Positions 37,401 through 49,479 of a stretch of DNA of 64,000 nucleotides are shown here, in pieces. This DNA is from Eledone cirrhosa. Taxonomy: Eukaryota. How positions within the stretch are numbered: position 1 is the stretch's first letter; every line of letters begins with the position of its first letter. A program made the translations under genes and the position numbers. The notes under the pieces are model-generated. The model saw nothing but the letters and a program-made list of their open reading frames with translations, was not told where the DNA came from and ran no database searches. The stretch is taken from NCBI GenBank assembly GCA_964016885.1, contig OZ024742.1, positions 37,448,001-37,512,000 on the forward strand, read 5' to 3'.

Positions 37401-38519
37401 TTGGAAGTCTTATAGGGTAATTTCTTTTCCATGTTTGTTTAACACATTTTTGTACAAAAAGCCCACATTGTATTGTTCTGTGGTGTCTTTAATGTTTTCT
37501 TCATGTGAACCCTCTATTACTATTTTAACTACTGCTATTGTTGAGAAGAAGGGACAGTGGATGATAATGATAGAAGTGGTGGTTATAGTAACCACTGCTT
37601 GAAAGCCAAGATTTCTAATGAGAAGAAAGCAATGAAAATAACCTGGACCTTTTTTACAGCTGATTTATCCCCAAACTTCTATTAATGATCCCTCATCATT
37701 TAATGGTGGTGACTGATAGATAAATAGTGGTACCAGAGGTGGTAGTAGAAGTGATGGGGATGATGGAAGATTGAAAATCAAGAAGGTTAAAGAAAATTCA
37801 GAGAATGTAATCAAGAAATTATAAGATATTGATAGATATTATATCAGTATATATAAATATATATATATAATTCGATTTTGAATTTATTTTGCAAGATTTC
37901 TTATCTGGAAACGTGTGTTTCAACAGGTATTGTTATACTTTGGGAGGGTCATGCTGCCAGTAAAAACACACACACCTGTTGGTTTTCACTTCAATTTATT
38001 ATATGTTTCCAGAAGGTTGTTTATATATTGTCAAAATTCTTTCGTCACACATTCTGTGACCTCAGTGACTAGGTTTTTATTTTGTGTCTCACCTTTGTTG
38101 TCCTACACCATCTTGTTTTTGTGTGTTGTGTGCTTAGTTTGCGCATGTTACATCTGGGTATGTGTTTTTTATTTATGTGTTTATTTACTTGTCACTAGTT
38201 GGTTGTATGTATCATCATCATCGTTTAATGTCTATCTTCCACGCTAGCATGGGTTAGACGGGAATTGTCCCACTTGAGGCAAGATTGGTCGGGTGACCGT
38301 GTCTCGCTCGTATAGGACAATCTGGCATGTTTTCTACGGCTGGATGCCCTTCCTAACACAAACATTTAGTGTGGACTGGGAGCCTTTTTACCATGTCTCC
38401 TACACAACCACTTTACGGCGTGGACTGGATGTAATGGTACCAACATAACTTTACAGAGAAAGGGTGGAGTAGGGTTGGGGTGGCAGTACAAGTTGTAGGG
38501 AGATGAGGAGAGAAAGTAA

Positions 38520-38710
38520 GTGTTGACCCTGGGATATTTGAATGTCACCTACTTCAGTGTAGCTCCACTCATACAGAGTGCACTGTGCAGGCTTCCTTGA
38601 AAAGATTAACATCTGTCTTTGCAGTACTCATCAGGAAACTTATCCAGTACATGTTGGAGATCTCCTTCCGATGAGTTAAGTAGCACCATGTCGTCTGCAA
38701 ATTCCAGCCA
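38520..38710 (-). mobile_element. LINE RT fragment
   Basis: FADDMVLLNSSEGDLQHVLD...FKYP on the - strand. Confidence 0.6.
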
Positions 38711-40354
38711 AGTGATCTTACACTCGCTAGCTTTGATACCATGAAGATTATGAACATGAGAAGCAACAATATGTACCATTGAATGGTTTTGACTTTGGTA
38801 TTTAAAGTAATGTTACTCGATAGAGTGTATAGCTAGGAGAACAGGGAGTCACAGCTCCGGTACTATAGACATGTAGTTAGAATGTCTAAGGAAAAGAAAG
38901 AATCACTGGATTTTACAAGCAAGATGGTTGGTCTCACTTGAGGATCCAACCAGAACATTTGTAGATGACTCCTTCTAATAGGACCCTCTGGAAGGTATGT
39001 TTGAGAACTCTTCCCCCACAACCCTCTTAGGAATAAGTGCGCGAATAAGAGAAGATTTTTAAAATCTTTATTAAAATCCTTTTAAATATTTCAAATTAAA
39101 ATTGGTTACAAAGCAATTCCATAACTGACTGAAAAACATGACTTCTGGGTTATTGTGTGTGATTTTTGACATTGGATTCAACTTAAGTGATATTTTCGTT
39201 GCAGCAGCTATATAGACCAACATCTTAAAGAGGAAGAAAACAAACAAATATGAAGTTACATGTGTGTGTGAAAGCATGTGACTTAGTGGTTATAGTGTTC
39301 TGTTCATGATGTATTATCCTTGAGCAATACACTTTATTTTAAGTTGCTCCAGTCCAATCAGCTGGAAAAAATTAGTTTTATCAGGAATTCAAAGGTTCAG
39401 CCTTGTCACAGTATAATGCTGAATTTGCCTGAGAATTACAATAGGGGTGTACATGTGTTTGTGGAATGCTCAGTCACTTGCATTAATTTCTTGAGCAGGC
39501 TATCTCATTGACCACATCAATTGGAACACTGCTTGTTGGAACTGACAGAGTTCCAACATATCTGAGTATGTTTTTTTATATGTGGATGTATGCTGAGAAC
39601 TGTGGACAGTTTATGTGTGGATTTCTTTAGAAGACAGGTGTTTTGAAAGATTTCTATATTTCTGAAACGACTTGTTAGAATAAAAAAAATATCTTTTTTA
39701 TCTATGTATCAGAAATACTACAAACTGTCTTATATTTGTATATGACTGTGCTGCATATTGAGCATTTATTGAGGTGTTGTGACCATTACAACATACAGAA
39801 GAAATTTACTTCTGTATTGAAGAAATTATGGAGGAGAAACTTGAAGAGTTGATACTGAAACATAGTCTGAAAATAGTGATTTATCTCATCAGTCTCAGAA
39901 ATGAATTGAGACCTCTTCCATTACATTTCTAGTAAAAATTTCAAAGAATACTTTAATATAATGAACATAAATTACTTCTCACAAGTTCAAATATTTACCT
40001 TTATGAAATTTGCTATGTTCATTATATTCAGACTACAATATTATGTATTTACTGCAAAGATTTTATGAGAGTCTTCAAGGAACTTGTGTTATTTAATGTA
40101 TTGTTGTACATAAGTGACAAAACATAGAAATCTAAAGGGCTCTCTTTGGTCATGACTAGCCATGGGTTTTGCATTCATGATTGACTGACAATGGGTTCCA
40201 TCTCTATGGCATAAGCTTGGACAGTGTGTTTTGTAGAAGACCAGCAGTTGTCCATGCAGGCAAGTCCCTCCTCTCCCAATGTTAACTAAGGGAAAGGCAA
40301 AAACCTTACACAGCTTGGCACTAGTATACCTTAAACACTAATCCATGCATCTTC

Positions 40355-40655
40355 AAAACATGTGATACCTGTGGCAATATATCAAATATATACATGCTGG
40401 AGCTGAACACCATTGTGATATCTATGCTAAAAAAAAAATGTCAGCAATTATCTTTCCACAAATGTATTCACACATGTAAAAAATCCATACTACGGTGATA
40501 TTTTCAGAAAAGAATTCTGACACTAGTATTTTAACTACACACAAATGAACCCATGACACAGATTACACATGTGAAAGACATGCAGACCATAAAAACTTTC
40601 AGTAAAGACTTCTCTCACTCAAGTATTTCAGTTAAGCACAAACGAATCCATGTTT
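40355..40655 (+). pseudogene. decayed C2H2 zinc-finger remnant
   Basis: CDTCG, HCDI, HKCIHT, FSHSSISVKHKRIH fragments broken by frameshifts and stops. Confidence 0.55.
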
Positions 40656-40905
40656 TAAATTGTATATATGAAAGACAAGTAGACAATAAGAGCTTCAGAG
40701 AAAACTGTCAGGATGTATGCAATTCGATATTAGTGGAACAAAATCAAAAGGGATATTTTGAACAAAGTGTAGGGAATTATACTTGAGCATTTTGATAACC
40801 AACAACATAATTTTGTACCCCCATATGAAGTTGAGGTTAGAGATCACCTTTGATAACTCAATTATGGTCATAGTGTGGCAGTTGGCATAATTGGTGAATT
40901 ACACT

Positions 40906-41086
40906 GACCTTTTCTCTAAGATCAAAGTGCAGTATCTATTCTTATCAGCTTAATATCTGATATGTTCCTAATATAGGAACTCTGATGTTAAACTGATTTT
41001 TCTTTACTGGTGAAGATGATGGAGGTTGCACCAGCTTTGCCACAGGTTGACCTGGTATTGCAGTACACCTAGGATTTAGCCCAACC
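40906..41086 (+). pseudogene. U2: U2 snRNA copy (retrocopy or SINE head)
   Basis: CTAAGATCAAAGTGCAGTATCTATTCTTATCAGCTTAATATCTGATA, Sm site GATTTTT, loop IV GGTATTGCAGTAC, end GCCCAACC. 5' ~10 nt diverged; branch-pairing GTAGTA mutated to GCAGTA. Confidence 0.9.
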
Positions 41087-42865
41087 ATTGTTAGCAGGGA
41101 AAGTGGACATTAAAACAACAATAATGATGATGAAAGGTCAGAATTCTTAATAAATAGAACCTGCTGACCAATGAGTTCAGTAGATTTCTATAAGAAAGTT
41201 GGTCTAATTGGCCAGTGCACTGTATAAACTGTCAGGAGTTAGTTTGACTGCCCACATCTTCTAGTCTAACTGTTCACAGCACTGACTAAAGTTAGTGTAA
41301 TAGCCCACAGTACTTCGAAACATGGCCATGTTTATATAACATATTGACACTTAGGTGTTAAAAAATAAAAACAGAAATTGGCTAGTGCTAACAAATTTTA
41401 TGGACACAGAAGTGTAGGAAAATCTTGAGTACGACAAGGATTATTCTTCTCAATGCCCATTTTACAACTGATCTGGTATGGGCCAAACATTGAATAAGGT
41501 TTGATAATATATTGTTTCTGTTTTATTTTAGTAGTTGCCATCCATTTCATTGTACAAATGAGGACACGAGTGGATGAGAGAATGCACTATCTACCTTATA
41601 GCCAATTTTTGAATGAATAATGTTGCAATTGTACCTAGAATAGCAATAACATAAACATTCCGCTAACCCTTTCAATCTCATGACGACACTAAAACAGAGA
41701 AAGAAACATTCTCAACACGACACAGGATTGTGATGCCTGGAGACTTGAGGTGCTAGAAAAGACTTGCTAAACACAAGTGTGACAACATTAAAAATAAATT
41801 TGGTGAGAATGCATAGAGTAAAGAGGTTCCAATTAACTGGCAGTGGACAGGCCAATTTCAGAGAATACACTCAGTACCCCCTGTAAAGTAGAAATTTTAA
41901 CAAGTTTACTTGACAAGAAAGGGAAGATGAAGATGAGTGACTAAAGACTAGAAAATCAGTGAAAATAAAGGAAATATTTGTGCTAGCTACAAATGTCTTT
42001 TTACAAATGGAGAATCAAAGAATTTTTACAGTCAGTGGTAGATATTGTTTGTTTTGAAAAAGAAATCTTCATTGGTATCTATCAGTCAGTTTGCAAGAAC
42101 CATCACATGATAAGCTGAAGAAATGTCTTAACATTCTGCAATGGTTTAGCAGAAAATATATTTTTTTAATGGATTCAAATGTTTCTAGTATCTTTATTAG
42201 TGGACAGATTGTGAAAATTTGCAATTTTTAATGTGATGCAGTCATAGTGTTGTTTTGTACTTTTCAAAAATGTCTTGCTAATGTGGTTTCATGTGATACA
42301 GAAAATAAATAGTTAAAACTGGATTCAGGAATGCTTGCAAGCTATTGCAATTATTTTCAACGGCTCTTGGTGAGATCACCTGCTTTAGAGAGCTTAACTT
42401 GCAGTGTTATTGAGGGAAGTAACCATTAATTAAAATGTTTTTGAAAAGTTTAATCAATAAATTCCTATGAAGGATTTGTTTATAATATGAGTGGGGACCA
42501 CTATCATTAAAACACTCCCGTAATCTTCTATGAAATGCAACCTCATATGAGGTTGACTAGTCCTACATAAGTGTCCAATGTGATAACAGCAAGGATAAGG
42601 TTACAGGAACAGACATTTTTGAAGTTTTGTTCAAAACAATGTCAGAAATGAAAGTGAGATCAAAACTGATGAGAAAGCAGCAATGGCGAGACAAAAAAAA
42701 AATAACACTGCTGCAAGAACAAATGGAAAACCATGAAACTCCCCGAGAACTATGTTAAAGGTACACATGTCTGTTGAATGCTCAGCTTCTTGCATGTTAA
42801 TTTCATGAGCAGGCTCGTATCAAATGGAACATTTGTTGTCAAAACTAATGGCAGGCCCAACAACA

Positions 42866-43208
42866 TATCATCATCATTTCATTTTACGTCCGCCTTTTCT
42901 CTGCTTGCAAGGGTGGGACGGGAACTAATGCTGGCTTGATTTCTACAGCTGGATGCCCTTCCTAACACCAACCTCATTTACAGTGAGTGGTGGGTGCTTT
43001 TTTGCCATGGCACCTCCACGACCACTTCACAGTGGAATGATATGGACCCCAGTCCCTATCATCTCATTTCTACAGCTGAGTAAACTGGAGCAATGTGAAA
43101 TAAAGTGTCTTGCTCAAGGAAACAACACATCACCCGGTCTGAGAATTGAACTCACAACCTTTCGATTGCAAGGCCAATGCTCTAACCACTAAGCCATGTG
43201 CCTCCACA
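42866..43208 (-). mobile_element. full-length young tRNA-SINE
   Basis: Near-identical reverse complement of 4907-5243. Confidence 0.85.
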
Positions 43209-43369
43209 TATATGTCACCATATCTTTTCTTGACATAGCATATAAGTTTGAAGCCTGAACTATAAGATGATGTTACACCACTGTCACTGTAGAAGGTTGA
43301 TCTCAAACCAGTGTATTAGTTTACATGGATCTGAAAGATAAAATACAGATGAGTTAACAAAATGGTTAA

Positions 43370-43570
43370 TGTAAGTCAGAAGTAGTTGTGATCGTTTAGA
43401 TGGTATGGTAATAATAGTGAAGTATTACTGGGTGATGTAAGGTAGAGGTAGTTATGATTGTTTAGATAGTATGGTAACAGTTGTGATGTATTAGTGGATG
43501 ATGTAAGGCAGAAGTAGTAGTGATGGTTTAGATGTTATAGTAAGTTGTGATGTATTACTGGGTAATGTAA
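43370..43570 (+). repeat. degenerate ~60-70-bp minisatellite, ~3 copies
   Basis: Repeats of GTAGTTGTGAT..TTTAGAT...GTATTACTGGGTGATGTAAG. Confidence 0.6.
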
Positions 43571-44260
43571 AGATGAGGAATTGTGCATATATGTGTGCTT
43601 GTGTGTGCATGTATTTAAGAATGCATGTGTGATGTGATGTTCCTACCTTTATGTAAAACTCAGTCCAGAGAACAATTCGTGCCACCATCTCTGATATATA
43701 GGTAAGATTCATTTAGGATTTCCTTTGGTTTAATTATCCTGAGGGGGTTGGTATGTTGGTAGATACCTGATGTGGAACCTACATCTCTGAGAAAGATAGC
43801 CATTGTGGTAATTAGCCATTATTTCATAATAATGTCCATATACATGCACATATGTATGTGTGTGAGTGTGTATGTATGTACCTATATATGTGTAGATATA
43901 TGCATCAATACTGTATATTTGTTACGTACATCTGTTTCTTTGATGTGTCCAATAACGAGAAGGAGCGAGATGGAAGTTCTCAAAATGAAACATGTTGGAA
44001 ATATAATAAATATGTCTTTTCTGTTAACCTTTCTGTTACCATATTTCTAATTAAAGACAGCTTATGATTTTCAATTACCTTTAAAAAAATTTTTTTACGG
44101 AATTTAGTAATAAAACTACTTTCTCATTATTAAATTGATGTTTAGAACATAACAAGAATTCTTACATAAAATTATGATAGAAAGTTTTTAGATAAATATA
44201 AAGTTATGTATCAGAACCAGAATTGGTTTCAGGTTTGGTTTCTTCATCACCTAATATTAA

Positions 44261-44908
44261 TAGGTTGGATACAAAGTCCTGATGCATTTTAGACATAATG
44301 ACTTTGAAAACACTTTCTCAATACTAACAGCAATATAAACTATTCCTTTTTGTTCTAATATTGTTCTTGCTTTCTTTCAGCTTAATTTCATGTTATATTG
44401 CTTGATATTATGCAATTAGACCCCTCTAGAATGAGTGCTGATCAGACATATATAAGACATTGTATGAATACAAAAAAGGTTCCTCAGCACCAGATGTGGC
44501 AAGGAATATATGTTCTGTCTATAAAAATAAAGCTCCAACTGTCTAAACATGCCAATGACAGTTTAAACAATTTCAAACATGAGCTTTTAAAGAATGTGGT
44601 GGAAGAAAATCCTAAGCAAACTGCATGAGAATTGACAAAAGAGGTCAATGTATCAGATTATGATTTTTTCAGATCATTGCAACATTTTCTAAATGGGAAA
44701 CAGTTTACCAATCAAGAAGAGGCAAAAATGGACACTGAATCCTTCTTTGCTTTGCAACCAGAAGAAATTTATGCTAGAGGGATCAACAACTTGCAAGCCA
44801 GATGGGAGTATGTTATTAAAAATATCATCTTGATTGAAAATATCCATCATAACCAAATAAACATTTGTTTCCTTGTTCAAAACGAGATAATATTTTGTAT
44901 CCAACTTA
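44261..44908 (+). mobile_element. internally deleted mariner element
   Basis: TIR-like ends TAGGTTGGATACAAA / TTTGTATCCAACTTA; SDYDFFRSLQHFLNGKQF...YARGINNLQARWEYVI. Confidence 0.85.
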
Positions 44909-45397
44909 ATATTACACCTAATGGTGTGAAAAGACATAAAAAGTAATAGCAAGTTGATCTATCAGTTTGTTAATTGTTGAAGATAACAAATTTAGCGTTT
45001 TCCATGTTAACTCCTCTATTTCAATGACTATCATGTAGGTTCAACTCTTAAAATCTTTAAAAAGGCTTGTCCCAATATGTGCATATATACATATATTAGT
45101 TTAAGTCTGCCCCAAGCCCAGAGGCTCATCAGACTGGGGTTACCATAGTTTCAGTGACATGAATGGACTGAGAGACAAAGACTGCCCACTCCTCTTGATA
45201 GGATGGTTGTGTATTGCAGGGTTGATTCCCAGTTGACACTGTTGATACTCATTTTTTTTCTTAAGCTGGAGCAACAAGAAATCAAGTGTCTTACTCAAGG
45301 ACACATGTACCACTCTTGTCTGGGAATTGAGAACCCATGACCTTACAATTGTGAGCACACCCCCCCCCCCCCATCAGCAGAGGCTGCCGCTTGCCTT

Positions 45398-48312
45398 TGT
45401 AGTGACGCTACTTGCCTTTGGCGTATTTATAAGCTATTCATACGTGATTTGGCTAAGTCAGGCCAATTATAAGCCACGCACAGATATATATTCCAACTTC
45501 CGCCCAAACAAAGATTTTCCCGCTTCTTTCGTATATACTCTCTATTCTTGCTTGGACTTTAAAGGGAAAAGATACTATTATATAACAGTGAGATCTTCAC
45601 TTTGGCCTGTCAGCCTCCTTCGGCCAGACACAATGCCTTTCTTACTTCTAAACTCTTAATTTGTTTGTTCCTTTGTTTGACATGTCAACTCAACTTAACT
45701 CTCTATAATTTAGATGTAAACAAAAACATATAAAAATGTTATTCGAAGACTTACAACTATATCAACAAACATTCACTTTCTGCTAACATTTACCGTTACA
45801 ATTGTGGGGATGGTGTGGTGGTGTGGAGGAGGTGACCGGAAGCTGGGGACGCTTGACCGGAGGCAGAAGAGGAAGTGACGTGAGATGCGTATCCAGGAGT
45901 GTCTGTGGGTTCTCTTTCGGCTGTGACCCGCGACGGATGGACGTGCGAATGCGAGCTGCAACTTGGCGAATGGATTATACCCACAGGTGGCGAGGTCACG
46001 GATGTCTGCGGGGAAACCCTGCGTGAGTGGAGACGTATGACAGGGGCTTTCACAACCGTTGATTTAAAGTCAGCATATCTACAGCTACACGTGGAGGAGA
46101 AGCTGTGGCAGTATCAGCTGGTCAGGTATAAGGGCTGGGCATATTGCCTGACCAGGCTCGGCTTCGGGCTGAACTCTGCACCGAAGATCATGGCGGCGGT
46201 CCTCAAGACCATTCTGAGAAAGACCGACAAGATGAAGAGGGCTTACAATTCCTACATCGACGACATCCTAGTGGACGAGACTGTAGTGCCGGCGGCAAAG
46301 GTCACGAGCCATTTACAAAAGTACGGATTGACTGCGAAGCTGTCTGAGGCGTTGGAGGCAGGAGACGCGCTGAGACTTAGGCTGCAAAGAGACAAGACGG
46401 GCATGTTAGTATTTCGGAGGGGAAATGAAGTCCCGGAACAGGGCCCAAATATGAATAGACGGGAACTCTTCTCGGCATGTGGAAAATTGGTGGGTCACTA
46501 CCCAATTGCTGGGTGGCTCTGGACGGCATGCAGCTATGTCAAGAGACGAGCAGACGGGGTGACTTGGAGTGACAAAGTGGAAGAGAGGACAGTGGCCATG
46601 ATGCAGGAGATCATGGGGAGGGTGAAGGCCGACGACCCGGTGTGAGGACGCTGGTATGTCCCCGAATCACAGAGCGGGACCGTATGGTGTGATGCCAGCA
46701 GCATAGCGCTGGGTGTCACGCTGGAGATAGGAGGTGTCGAGGTCAAGGATGCAGCCTGGCTCAGGAAGAAGGATGATTTCAACCACATCAATGTGGCCAA
46801 GCTAGACACGGAGATGGGTGAACGTCGCCTTGAGGTGTGGACTGCGCACGATCGAGATTCGCACCGACTCGGCCACTGTACTCGGATGGGTGAGATCAGT
46901 GCTTACCAGTGAGAAGAGAGTGCGAACGAGAGGGGCAGTGGAAATGCTGATAAAGTGCCGCCTGGGAACTCTAGGAGAGCTGGCCACTGAGTTCGACCTG
47001 AAGTTGAGTGTGGTCTTCGTACCCTCAGAGAAAAATAGAGCAGACGTTCTAACCAGGATGAAGAAAGCCTGGATGGAAGCGCCGGAGGATGTAGAAGAGA
47101 GGATAGCTGCTGTGTGTCGGCTGAGCGAGTCGGAACTTAAAGGGTTGCATGACATGCACCACATGGTAGTGGATAGGACCCTGTTCCTAGCCAGGAGAAT
47201 CGACTCCGATGTTAGCAAACACAGTATCCAGAGAGTGGTCAGAGGCTGCGTCCGATATCAGTCTATCGATCTGCCCCAGGTGTGCACAAGGCGGTAAGTT
47301 TCCTGGTGGATCGCGACTGGAGGTGGACATAACACACTACCGACGGAACATACCTCTCGATGGTTGACTGTGGACCGGGACGGATGGCGATATGGAGGGA
47401 AATGAAGACAGGAATTGTGGAGGAAATCACACGGATATTGAGAGATATTCTTGGAGCGGGGCCCTGTGGATGAACTGCTGATGGACAACAGCGGAGCGTT
47501 TCGCTCGGAGACACTGAGGGAGATTCTTGATGGGTGGAAGGTGGACTGCTTCTTCAGAGCAGCATACAGGCCGAGCGGAAATGGAATCGTGGAGCGACAC
47601 CCCGCACAATCAAAGCAATGGCAGAGCGGGGGCACATCTCACCAATGGAGGCAGTGTTTTGGTACATGTCCCCTCAGGTGGGACAGTCTGAGGAATCGGT
47701 GCCACACAGAGCAATAGACAGATACGAGTGCCGGCACCCGTGCACTGTCCACAATGGCCAGTGGAGAGAGAGAACACAATCATACAGGTGGGCGAAGAAG
47801 TCTGGGTTAAGCCCCCAGACGCACGTTGCACATCTCAATGGGGAAAGGGAACGGTAATGGCCGTAAATTCCCAGAATAACGGGTCCGTGGACGGAGTGCC
47901 ACATCATACCCTGGATGTCCGTAGAATCGTTGTGTCGACAGACTCCGAGGAAGAGAAAATCCAAAACGCCGCCCCAACATTACGGATATCGCAACGAGAT
48001 CGCCGAACACCTGGCTGGGCGGCAGATTATCACATGCAGCAGTGTGAGGGGGAGATTGATCCTTGAGATCAGGGGGGCATGTGGGGATGGTGCGGAGGAG
48101 GTGACCGGAAGCTGGGGACGCTTGACCGGAGGCGGAAGAGGAAGTGATGCATACCCAGGAGCATCTATGGGTTCTCTTTCGTGTGAATGCGAGCTGCAAC
48201 TTGGCGAATGGATTATACCCGCGTGGATGAGGCATGGCTCGCTGAGTGAGCTAGCAGAATTGCGGTAAGTGCAGTAGCTTTCTCATTACAACAATAACAT
48301 TTTGCTGCTACA
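45398..48312 (+). mobile_element. solo LTR interrupted by a nested Gypsy element
   Basis: TGTAGTGAC start and GCTACA end; shares CTTTGGCCTGTC.GCCT...CACAATGCC with the 50581 LTR. Confidence 0.6.
45803..48290 (+). mobile_element. Ty3/Gypsy LTR retrotransposon, gag/protease deleted; RT-RNaseH-integrase pseudogene
   Basis: LTRs 45803-~45982 (truncated) and 48080-48290; PPT AGGGGGG; 5-bp TSD ACAAT; DLKSAYLQ, LGFGL.SAP, YIDD, WCDAS, TDSA, MDN..AF, NGIVERH. Confidence 0.93.
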
Positions 48313-48719
48313 CAAAACAATACATTTTCTTGCTAGTAAAACAAACTGCTATACCTTCACTTAGAGATCTTAGTCTTACCATAAGAAACAAAAAAACTTG
48401 TTCAATACAACTTGAAAATTTGTCAGCCACTGGCTTTTGTATTCTTTTTCTGGTTTCAATCATTAGACTACAGCCATGCTGGAGCACAGCAGTAAAGCAA
48501 TTTAGTCCTGTGTGAGCGAATCACAGTCCACCGACCTGATCTCTGACAAAGCGACGGCCTGCCCTACCCATGCTAGTGTGGAAGATGGACATTAGATGAT
48601 GATGATGATGATGACAACCAAAGTCATAAAAATCAAACGGAACTCAAATGTCAGCTTTCACACAACAAAGACTTTAGATCACAAGACAGTGGCATTCAAC
48701 AATCACAAGATGTAGTAAT

Positions 48720-49450
48720 GTGGAACCGAATGTAGGTCTGGCTCCAGGAAGGAGCTTAGCAATGGCAACAGGGGACATGATACCAGCGACAGGAGACATC
48801 AATCCAACTGTTAGCAAAAAATTCTTACGGACATTCATTCATTACATTAATGCTTTTGACATTCCTAAAGACATTGCAAAATACAAAATGTCACCAACTG
48901 ACGAAGAATACTTTGAACTAAAAATAAATCATAGAATGTCTAATATACCGTACACAGATTTAAAAGCTAGCATGACAGTAGCAAAACTAGAATCATACTT
49001 ACTACCATGTAACACTTTCAGAGAAAACAGCGTTAGTTATAAAATATCCAATATCATATCAATAACTGACAAACTAAGCCCACTACAAAATACTACAACA
49101 AACATGACATTCCATGGATAGCAACGCCAAGACCATGGATTGCAACTTACATAGACATGGAATACGTTTTATTTCCTAATTCAACATATAATGTAGCAAC
49201 AAACGACAATTTCAGACATAACATACCTAATGCACATGAAGAAGGAACATTAAAAAACTTAATGACATCATGTAAATATAGAAAAGACTTGTGGTTATGG
49301 CAGGGTTTTAAAATTCCTTTGACATCAGAACAGACAATAGATGCACAAGAACTAATAAGTTACATGGATACTGGTAATTGGAGACCATTATACGCAGGAG
49401 AAACATCAAGCTATACTTGGGTTAACAAAAATCCAAGTTGGTTTAATATG
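48720..49450 (+). pseudogene. endogenous parvovirus-like capsid (VP) fragment
   Basis: INHRMSNIPYTDLKASMT...KISNIISITDKL...TF~RPWIATYID...PLYAGETSSYTW follows the parvoviral capsid motif order as recalled for Hamaparvovirinae; frameshift at a short duplication near 49112-49147. Confidence 0.65.
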
Positions 49451-49479
49451 ATGTATTACACTGTGTTTCATACTTTTAG

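Noticed and set aside
38620-38640. CTGATGA on the minus strand
   Set aside because: Part of a LINE RT coding fragment, with no ribozyme helices.
40906-41086. Functional U2 snRNA gene
   Set aside because: 5' end replaced, branch-site pairing sequence mutated, and followed by a retroposon tail rather than a 3' box.
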